Shown: in pieces, positions 57,002 to 64,000 of the stretch
Layout: each line of letters starts with the position of its first letter
How positions within the stretch are numbered: position 1 is the stretch's first letter
Origin: a virus
DNA length: 64,000 nt
Strand: one strand, 5' to 3'
Virus record (IMG/VR): IMGVR_UViG_3300025137_000023
Location: 19,291 to 83,290 of that record
The notes under the pieces: model-generated
What the model was told of the DNA's origin: nothing
The model's input: the letters and a program-made list of their open reading frames with translations, nothing else
The model's database searches: none
Made by a program: the position numbers and the translations under genes

Positions 57002-57634
57002 TTATTTTACAAATGTTCCTTGCTTTAATTTTTCTACAACAGAGTCATATGTTTCACCTAAACATTTTAGTCTAAGAATTACACGTTCTGAGGTTATCTC
57101 TGGAACACCGTGTACTGCCATTCCGTTAAACATAGTAGGGTGTTCTAGACTATAATGGTGTAAGTAATCTATATCATTATCGTCCCAACCGTATTTCTTT
57201 TCGTAGTTGATATTTCTTTCTGGTTCAATACCTTCTCTACTAAAGAAACTAATAGGAGTAATGTCTTTTACAGGTAATATTGGAAACATAATAGCACAAT
57301 TCATAAAATGATCAGTATGTGGGTGAAACTTGTAACCAACATCATAATGTAGTATATCAATATGGTCTGGATCAGGACGTTCTTTCCAATTAAACTTATC
57401 TACTAAATCTCTAACAACAGGAAAGTCTAACAAAGACATATCGTTCTTTTTCCTTATTGCTATTGTATTCATTCCTTGCCGACCTTTAAATTCTCTTTTA
57501 GTACCTCTTGCTAGATACTGCATATAATCACCAAAGTTTTCTATAAGGTGTCTATGCTCTTCAAATAAATCTTCTAAGGCTTGTCGGTCATAAGTTACTT
57601 CATCTATTTCTGTGTGAAACTTGCCTTGTATCAT
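57002..57634 (-). CDS. 2OG-Fe(II)/cupin-like oxygenase
   Basis: FHPHTD, VHGV and RVILR motifs; paralog of 44329-44967. Confidence 0.55.
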   Translation of the reverse strand: MIQGKFHTEIDEVTYDRQALEDLFEEHRHLIENFGDYMQYLARGTKREFKGRQGMNTIAIRKKNDMSLLDFPVVRDLVDKFNWKERPDPDHIDILHYDVGYKFHPHTDHFMNCAIMFPILPVKDITPISFFSREGIEPERNINYEKKYGWDDNDIDYLHHYSLEHPTMFNGMAVHGVPEITSERVILRLKCLGETYDSVVEKLKQGTFVK

Positions 57635-57637
57635 TTT

Positions 57638-57997
57638 TTAAATGTATCCTATTAATATAACTATAACAAAGTAATTTGTGTAATGTAATGCTTGGTCAAT
57701 AGTTTGTAATCCCCAAAACATTTTGCCATTTTTAATTACTTTGTACTTGTTTAATATTATGTGTTTTAACCAATCTATTATACAATGTGTAGTGTAATCA
57801 AACATTGATAATAGTAATGCATATTTGATATCTACAAAGAATAGTAATATAATTAGTGTTGCTACTGCGTGGTCAATACAGTGTCTATGCAATCCCCAAC
57901 TAAAAAGATTTGCTTTGTTACTTGGAGGTCGAGTAGATTGGAGAAATAAGTCGCAAACTGTGTGCTTTAGTAATAATAGTATGAATACTGCTGACAT
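57638..57997 (-). CDS. DUF3307-like membrane protein
   Basis: H..CDL.LQ, H...H, H..ID..K and DQ.LH motifs. Confidence 0.7.
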   Translation of the reverse strand: MSAVFILLLLKHTVCDLFLQSTRPPSNKANLFSWGLHRHCIDHAVATLIILLFFVDIKYALLLSMFDYTTHCIIDWLKHIILNKYKVIKNGKMFWGLQTIDQALHYTNYFVIVILIGYI

Positions 57998-58021
57998 TAA
58001 GTTCGCTTCTTATTAGGTAAG

Positions 58022-58140
58022 TGTTGGAGAGTAGATTCATTTCCGTTACTACGTTAAACTAAACCAATAGTTTTTTTTCAAAATCCGACCAAAAATTTAG
58101 TAATCGAAATTACTAGGGAAAGGTTTCCACCCCTCCAACA
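58022..58140 (-). ncRNA. Putative structured RNA of about 120 nt
   Basis: Terminal stem TGTTGGAG/CTCCAACA plus internal GGAA and TTCG tetraloop hairpins; no ORF. Confidence 0.45.
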
Positions 58141-58145
58141 TATAG

Positions 58146-58553
58146 TTATTTATCAGTTCTATGAAATATACCTTGCTCTAAAACAAAAATTTCAAATCCC
58201 CACCCTGCTATATGTTGCCTGCCGCCACCTATTATTTTACCGCCTGCTTCTTTTTCATCGCTTAATGTACTGCTATAATGCCATACGTTATCGTGTTCAA
58301 TCATAGCAAATTGCATACCTTCTACCATATCAGCATTCATTATAGATAAGGTCTTATCACCCTTATTCCAATATAAGCCAAAATACCCACGATCGTCGTC
58401 ATTGCTAGGCTTGGTCCTGTAAAATATGTCAACAGGCACGTCAGGCTCATTGAGCTCAGTAGTGCATACATATCGTACTTGTCCATCTTGTCCAGTTCCA
58501 TAGGACTTCTCCACTTTTTCAGATTCAGTAATAGGTTCGTGCTCTATATTCAT
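58146..58553 (-). CDS. Hypothetical protein
   Basis: 135 aa, coupled ORF. Confidence 0.6.
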   Translation of the reverse strand: MNIEHEPITESEKVEKSYGTGQDGQVRYVCTTELNEPDVPVDIFYRTKPSNDDDRGYFGLYWNKGDKTLSIMNADMVEGMQFAMIEHDNVWHYSSTLSDEKEAGGKIIGGGRQHIAGWGFEIFVLEQGIFHRTDK

Positions 58554-58735
58554 TTCTTATTGATGTTATCAACTGCTTTTTGTATATCAACACCGTTTAT
58601 ATTAATAATTTTTGCTTTTTCTAAAGTATCTAACGTTGCATTAACACCTTCAGCAACTCCAGATTTGTAGTTATAATAAGAGCAGGCTATTGTAAATAAT
58701 ATCAATACTCCTAAATGCCATAGTTGGTATTCCAT
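58550..58735 (-). CDS. Small membrane protein
   Basis: TM helix; AAGGAG RBS. Confidence 0.55.
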   Translation of the reverse strand: MEYQLWHLGVLILFTIACSYYNYKSGVAEGVNATLDTLEKAKIININGVDIQKAVDNINKK

Positions 58736-58748
58736 TATTACTCCTTGT

Positions 58749-59774
58749 TTAGTTAAAACTTTTAAAGAACTTAATACTTGCTAAATTCTTTGCCTTACTC
58801 TCCACCATTATATCGGCGAATTTATTGAATGTGGATGCCCATGTATTTACCGCATTATTCCACATAAAATCACTATGCCCTCTTAACTTACCTTTTTTAA
58901 AACCTTGCTCTAATAGTATTTCTTTGTCTGGTAAAGTGTTAATATCGTGTTCAGGTATGTAATCTTCTCTGCTAACACTATAATGAATTGTAGGTCTTAC
59001 TCCACGCCAACTATCTACTATGCGTTTAAATCTATCGTCGGTGGGGTGTATGTATTCACCTTCTTTAACCCAGTGATGGTGTATGTCAAGTACGAGTGCG
59101 AGATGCTTTTCAAGTTTGACACTTTCGTCGATGCCCCACGAGTTTTCATCATTTTCAATCGTAATAACATTTCTCGCCTCTTGAGATAATCTTGGGAGGA
59201 CATCGATGATACCGGCTGAACCTTGCCTACCGGAGATATGTACGTTGCACTTAAAGTCCTGGAATTGTTTGCCGTAGCCCATCCATCTGATAACGTCAAC
59301 ATGATATTCAAACTCCTCTATACTTCTATTTACCACCTCTGGTCTATCACTTGCTAGTACAGTAAATTGTCCTGGGTGCATACTTAAACGTACATCTGCC
59401 TCTCTGGCAATGTCGCCTACTTTAATTAAATTTTCTTCTAAATACTTTTGTACATCTGCCTTTTGCCAAAAGTAACTCCAAGTTGGTTCTGTGTATGCCG
59501 GTAATAAGTCACTACCTAGTCTAATCATTCGTAACTCAGGCTGTAGTCCTGCTACATAACTAATAATATTTTTATAGGATTCTATGTTATGGACCATAAT
59601 GTCCCATAAACGTTCTTCAGCAACTTCTCGTGTTTGTCTGTTAAGCCACGTAATAGTTGTCGACCTTGTGTTATAAGGACGTTGCAACTCTTCTAATATT
59701 TTTTTGCTTTGAGATTGGTCTTCTACCATATACTTACAGGCAAAACCAATACGATTTATATTTTGACTAAACAT
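58749..59774 (-). CDS. uvsE: UV-damage endonuclease
   Basis: IGFAC, RLSMHPGQF, IENDE, LDIHHH, HYS and HSD motifs. Confidence 0.9.
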   Translation of the reverse strand: MFSQNINRIGFACKYMVEDQSQSKKILEELQRPYNTRSTTITWLNRQTREVAEERLWDIMVHNIESYKNIISYVAGLQPELRMIRLGSDLLPAYTEPTWSYFWQKADVQKYLEENLIKVGDIAREADVRLSMHPGQFTVLASDRPEVVNRSIEEFEYHVDVIRWMGYGKQFQDFKCNVHISGRQGSAGIIDVLPRLSQEARNVITIENDENSWGIDESVKLEKHLALVLDIHHHWVKEGEYIHPTDDRFKRIVDSWRGVRPTIHYSVSREDYIPEHDINTLPDKEILLEQGFKKGKLRGHSDFMWNNAVNTWASTFNKFADIMVESKAKNLASIKFFKSFN

Positions 59775-59797
59775 AATACTATGTTAGCACGAAATAA

Positions 59798-60427
59798 TCA
59801 GGAAGTCAATAGTTGATTTTCAAAATTTTCGTATGAATCTTCGTATGCGTTATCGTGCGTAAAGAACGTTTCAGGTGTCCATTCATTTATAAAAATAAAC
59901 TTAACGTCTTTAAAGTGTTGAATTATATGTCCAACTTGTTGTACGTCAAATCCCATATCACGTTGTTTATTTTTTGTTTTGGGATAATTTGATGTGTCTG
60001 CGTATATATTATTTACATAACCAAAAGGATTTCCAAAATTTCTTTCTCCTTTACCAGTAAAGTCATAACCAATTATAGTAACTATGTCGTTTTCCATAGC
60101 CGCCAATAGTATTGCCCAAGATCCACTAGACCAATTCTCAGGTTTATCTTTATCGTGACCTATGTTGTAAGGAATTTTTGGTAATAGTTCTATATAAGGA
60201 TCTTTAAGAATATTAATTAATTCTACTGTTGAAAAAACAAGAGACTTTTTATGATAATTGTATTCTATTGCTTCTTGTAAATGTGCAAGTTTACTACATA
60301 CTAAATTTTGTACTGTGAAATCTCTGTGCAATCCGTTACAACCGTATGTTAAACCCTTGCCAAAAAGTTTTCTTAAATCAAAACTTTTTCTACTTTCACC
60401 GTTGCCAATAGCAAAACCAATTGACAT
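59798..60427 (-). CDS. Rossmann-like sugar/nucleotide transferase candidate (IGNGxS family)
   Basis: IGNGESR, YGCN, SSG..A and GYD motifs. Confidence 0.5.
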   Translation of the reverse strand: MSIGFAIGNGESRKSFDLRKLFGKGLTYGCNGLHRDFTVQNLVCSKLAHLQEAIEYNYHKKSLVFSTVELINILKDPYIELLPKIPYNIGHDKDKPENWSSGSWAILLAAMENDIVTIIGYDFTGKGERNFGNPFGYVNNIYADTSNYPKTKNKQRDMGFDVQQVGHIIQHFKDVKFIFINEWTPETFFTHDNAYEDSYENFENQLLTS

Positions 60428-61344
60428 TATTCGGCGACTCCAAATTTAGCCCAAACAGTTTCACCTAAACAAACCCAACCAACCGGTTGTCCAACTTTTG
60501 GATCAGAGTTCCATGCTAGGTCTCCTTTTTCTCCATGAAAGCCAGGTGTTTCTTTTACTGTAGTAAATCTTGTTTTGTCTAAAATTGGATTGGAGATTGT
60601 TGTATCTCCGGTTTGTGTTAATACAATATTATTTTTTGTTCCTGATCCAATTTCTATATCACTCTTGGATCTGATACCTATGGTATGTTGTTTGCTTTTA
60701 CCTATATTAAGGTTTGTTTCTTCGTCCCATAAGGTTAATGTGCTTTGTGGTTCATCTGTATTAATACCAACTCTTTTTGTATTAGATGAGTATAACGTAT
60801 CACCTAATAGTGTTTCTCCTGCTACAACTAAATCTTGTAAGGTTCCTACTGTTTTTAAATTACTGTTTATTACTGTTTTAGATAAACTATCTCCACCCAT
60901 AAACCGTTTTATTTGATCGTGAAGACCAACAATACTATGAGCATTTATTTCTTGTGCATCAATAGTATTTGTTGTAATTTTTTCTGCATTTATACTTGTG
61001 GTTGTAATATTCTCTCCAACGATGTCCGGAGAGTGCAACGATTGTGTAACATACACACCAGCATCATTTGTATTAAGTTCTGGAGTAGAAACTGTTTGTG
61101 CAGTCAGATTACCAAAATCTCCAGTAATCATACCTGCATTAAGTTTAAAAGTTTCCCAATTGATAGCACTATTGTTAATAGAACCATGAGGAAATTCTAA
61201 GTTATTAATTTTATCTTGTACAGATTGTTTAACAAATTCTGCAACAGATTCGTTTAAGTTTATTTTACTTAAACTATCTTTGATTTGTGTTTCTACAGTT
61301 TCACGTATGAAAGACTGTAATGCGTTTTGTAGTTCTTGTGACAT
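60427..61344 (-). CDS. Virion fibre-like protein
   Basis: SNLKTVGTLQ, VGINTDEP and GDLAWN...GWVC motifs. Confidence 0.6.
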   Translation of the reverse strand: MSQELQNALQSFIRETVETQIKDSLSKINLNESVAEFVKQSVQDKINNLEFPHGSINNSAINWETFKLNAGMITGDFGNLTAQTVSTPELNTNDAGVYVTQSLHSPDIVGENITTTSINAEKITTNTIDAQEINAHSIVGLHDQIKRFMGGDSLSKTVINSNLKTVGTLQDLVVAGETLLGDTLYSSNTKRVGINTDEPQSTLTLWDEETNLNIGKSKQHTIGIRSKSDIEIGSGTKNNIVLTQTGDTTISNPILDKTRFTTVKETPGFHGEKGDLAWNSDPKVGQPVGWVCLGETVWAKFGVAE

Positions 61345-61365
61345 TTGTTGCCTCTTTGATTTATA

Positions 61366-62106
61366 TTAAATCTTAGCAACTGCAATATACTCGTAACTTC
61401 TACTGAATAAGTTTTTGTAAAAATGAGATTGAGAGATTTTAAACTCTTTACAACCTAAGTCGTGTACATATTTTGCAAGTTGCTTGAAATATAATGTTCT
61501 TTTATGTTCTGTTACTTGTGATAATAATTCACCATCACTTAACTGATACATTGTTTCTTTGAATTTCTGCTTGTCAGTTCTATCCCAATTTCTATGGCAT
61601 ACGAATACATGACTTGCGTTTCCACTGTTAATTACCATTGGAGGATCAACTAAACGATCCACTGATTTCATATTTTTAAAATCTTTAACAGTTGTGACCA
61701 ATGCTTTACCTGTGTACTCATGTGCTTCAGCAATAATTTCTTTTTGTCTTGCTTCGCTAGAGAACCTTGTAAAGTAACTATCCAATGCTAGTACAATATC
61801 GTATTTCTTTCCTTGTGCTTCTTCTTTAGTAACAACTTCAACTAAATCCTTTAAGTCTTCGTGATTACGGATAAAGTCTGCTTCGTGGTCGTCAATACAT
61901 AATACTGTAAATTTAAATCCTTCGACATCATTACATATGTGCCACAACACTGGGTTAAATCCTAATACTAAAGCAGTTCCAAAATCACCTGCTTGATATT
62001 CCATAACATCTTTAATGATTTGACTTTTTAGTTCTACTAGTTTTAAGAATTTTACTTTGTCTTGCTTATATAGTGTATCAACTGCGTTGTACCAATTCAT
62101 TGTCAT
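61366..62106 (-). CDS. Hypothetical protein, possible methyltransferase fold
   Basis: ALVLG and YDIVLA motifs; late TAAATA at 62138-62143. Confidence 0.5.
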   Translation of the reverse strand: MTMNWYNAVDTLYKQDKVKFLKLVELKSQIIKDVMEYQAGDFGTALVLGFNPVLWHICNDVEGFKFTVLCIDDHEADFIRNHEDLKDLVEVVTKEEAQGKKYDIVLALDSYFTRFSSEARQKEIIAEAHEYTGKALVTTVKDFKNMKSVDRLVDPPMVINSGNASHVFVCHRNWDRTDKQKFKETMYQLSDGELLSQVTEHKRTLYFKQLAKYVHDLGCKEFKISQSHFYKNLFSRSYEYIAVAKI

Positions 62107-62176
62107 ATTTTAAACCTTTGGTCTTTCTTATACAATGTATTTAGCCGGATTGCTATACAGTGTTAAGTTCTTGCTA

Positions 62177-62362
62177 TTAATCCTTAGGATACTCGCCTGT
62201 GTCTTTTGCTAATAGCAAACAGTCTGCTTGTATGGTTTGTATAACCATGTCAATAGACTCGCGAGATGCTTTCGGTGTTGCATATTTCATTTCACGCAAC
62301 TTGTCCGATTGAGCTTTAATAGTGTCAATCTTATCACAGAATTCACTTATTTTATGATACAT
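62177..62362 (-). CDS. Small hypothetical protein
   Basis: AAGGAG RBS after the tRNA. Confidence 0.55.
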   Translation of the reverse strand: MYHKISEFCDKIDTIKAQSDKLREMKYATPKASRESIDMVIQTIQADCLLLAKDTGEYPKD

Positions 62363-62380
62363 ATTTTCTCCTTTATTAAT

Positions 62381-62457
62381 TGGCGCACCCGACAGGACTC
62401 GAACCTATTACCTCCAGTTCCGCAAACTGGCGCTCTATCCAGATGAGCTACGGGTGC
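62381..62457 (-). tRNA. tRNA-Arg(GCG)
   Basis: GCACCCG/CGGGTGC acceptor, CCAGT-TTGCGGA-ACTGG anticodon arm, GCCA end. Confidence 0.9.
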
Positions 62458-62468
62458 CTATATACTTA

Positions 62469-62544
62469 TGGTGGAGGATACAGGAATCGAACCTGCGACC
62501 TCCTGAATGCAAATCAGGCGCTCTCCCAACTGAGCTAATCCCCC
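62469..62544 (-). tRNA. tRNA-Ala(UGC)
   Basis: GGGGGAT/ATCCTCC acceptor with G3:U70; CCTGA-TTTGCAT-TCAGG anticodon arm. Confidence 0.95.
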
Positions 62545-62774
62545 CATTCGTATTACATCAAACTAGTTTGAATAAAGTTTGTAACTTTTTCAACTGCTTC
62601 TGATATATTTTGACCATTTTCTGCTAATTGAGCCTTACCTTGTTCCCAACTGTTCTTTTGGTATTCGATAATGCTTTCCTTTTCAGAAATTAACCAGTTT
62701 TTTATATTTTCCATAATTATCCTTTGTTAAGTATTATACTATAGCAAATAATGGGAAAATGTCAATAGGTAATT

Positions 62775-63737
62775 TTATGCTAATTGCGTCTCAAATTGAA
62801 TCATTTTACGTTGTGTTTCAAATTCAACGTTCCATGGCATTGTCATATGGAATTTTTTATTATCCCAAAGGTTTAATCTACCTGGATCCCCAAATTTAGC
62901 AACTTTTTCTAGTGATAACCCGTAAAATGCTTCTTTATCTAAAGTTGTATTACCAATTAATTCACTTGTTAATTTTGAAAAGTCATCATCAGAGATGTTT
63001 TTACCCGTATAATTTCTAATGTGCTCATCAAATCTGTTAATATCTTCATCTTTTAAGAAAGTTATCCTAACTTTTTTACTTTTAGGGTGGTCAGCCAAAG
63101 TTTCTTCTGTAAAATTCGGCATATAGTAAACACTCCATGGAAACCATTGATCAAATACTGCGGTTCCATAGTCATTATCAGTTTTTAACGTAATCATTCC
63201 TTGAAATGCACAAAAATGGTTGTTAGGTTTTTTAATATGTTTGTTTTCTAACCAATCTTCTGCTTTAGTTGGTACAGGTCTTCCTTTATTTCTATTTTTA
63301 ACGTTATTACCATCACAATGCGTAGGTAAAAATGTGTCTAAGTTATGTAAAGACATTTGTCTAAACTTTAAATTAGTATGACCTAATTTTTTTAAGTTTT
63401 CCATTATAACATTTGGTATAGTTGTTAATGGCTTAAACTTATCTTTCATTTTTTCACATATTTGGTCATAAAATTTATCACCTGGGTTTAAATCTTTTGA
63501 ATGTCCTGTTTCTTTTACAAGGTATCCAATATAAGTTGGCGGAAAATCTGGAACAAAGTCTAGTTCAAAAAGTCTAATGTCTTTTTCAACCATCTCTGAC
63601 ATATGTTTTTCAAATTCATCGTAGACATTGAGTACTTCTAATACTACGTCATTGTCTAAAAAGTTATCTACTTGTTGCGTAGGTACTATTTCTTCTTTAT
63701 ATAATTTTAATTTACTGTTATTTTCAAATTCTGACAT
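62775..63737 (-). CDS. Hypothetical protein, possible 2OG-Fe(II) oxygenase
   Basis: LPTHCDG (HxD), KFH and distal R. Confidence 0.5.
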   Translation of the reverse strand: MSEFENNSKLKLYKEEIVPTQQVDNFLDNDVVLEVLNVYDEFEKHMSEMVEKDIRLFELDFVPDFPPTYIGYLVKETGHSKDLNPGDKFYDQICEKMKDKFKPLTTIPNVIMENLKKLGHTNLKFRQMSLHNLDTFLPTHCDGNNVKNRNKGRPVPTKAEDWLENKHIKKPNNHFCAFQGMITLKTDNDYGTAVFDQWFPWSVYYMPNFTEETLADHPKSKKVRITFLKDEDINRFDEHIRNYTGKNISDDDFSKLTSELIGNTTLDKEAFYGLSLEKVAKFGDPGRLNLWDNKKFHMTMPWNVEFETQRKMIQFETQLA

Positions 63738-64000
63738 GGTGTGTCCTCATGAGCTTCATCGTCATAGTCTAAGTCTAAGATGAAGGTTACTTTATTTTTT
63801 AGTTTATTAGTAGGATTGTGTATAGTAAGAATCCTTTGATAATAACTATGGTTCTGTTTTGCTACTCTACTAGGATGATTATGTATTGTATAGTTATCGG
63901 ATAGTGTTGCTATCCAGTAAACGAGTATTCCGTACTCGGATAAACCTTTTGTATCAACTTCAAATTCATGTTTTATATACCCATCACTTGTAGTAGGTAT

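Noticed and set aside
85-61200. Many short plus-strand ORFs in the track (e.g. 32211-32645, 33092-33619, 36857-37228)
   Set aside because: Antisense shadows of well-supported minus-strand genes, without RBS or protein motifs.
43787-62446. Plus-strand ORFs 43787-43987, 44041-44298, 47822-48082, 48024-48239 and 62228-62446
   Set aside because: They are translations of tRNA antisense strands.
1-64000. Alternative genetic code (stop-codon reassignment)
   Set aside because: Conserved genes are full length in the standard code, TAA, TAG and TGA all end genes, and no suppressor tRNA is seen.
1-64000. CRISPR array, diversity-generating retroelement, retron, transposase or integrase
   Set aside because: No repeat-spacer array, reverse transcriptase or transposase motifs found; the dispersed repeats are promoters.

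Overview
AT-rich, gene-dense segment of a large T4-like (jumbo) dsDNA myophage genome, with most genes on the minus strand and no bacterial chromosomal context. Several host-like genes (prs, rpiB, fpr, iscA, a zf-CHCC protein, infA) suggest a marine, probably alphaproteobacterial, host (inference). The window holds: candidate internal head proteins; a dnaJ-def-clpA operon; an endolysin/spanin lysis cassette; phoH next to a PiT-like transporter; a clamp loader, GroES and a stand-alone DNA polymerase III alpha fragment; a MazG / DUF1415 / aminoacyl-transferase-like / amidinotransferase cluster; baseplate and fibre genes; HtrA; Fe-S assembly genes; a QueC-like / oxygenase / methyltransferase operon; six tRNAs; and a variable early region. 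Two promoter classes are readable from the DNA: a repeated sigma70-type early cassette and T4-like late TAAATA sites. The most unusual items are: two unannotated structured intergenic RNAs (a kissing-loop element at about 19.98-20.07 kb and a bistable element of about 120 nt at 58.02-58.14 kb); a tRNA-Trp(CCA) with a long variable arm; a tRNA-Arg(GCG); apparent leaderless mRNAs; a possible phage N-degron pathway (deformylase + ATE/Bpt-like transferase + ClpA); a GmrSD-like ParB/HNH pair; and modular, probably protease-processed head proteins. All protein family calls come from motif recognition by eye, not from database searches.
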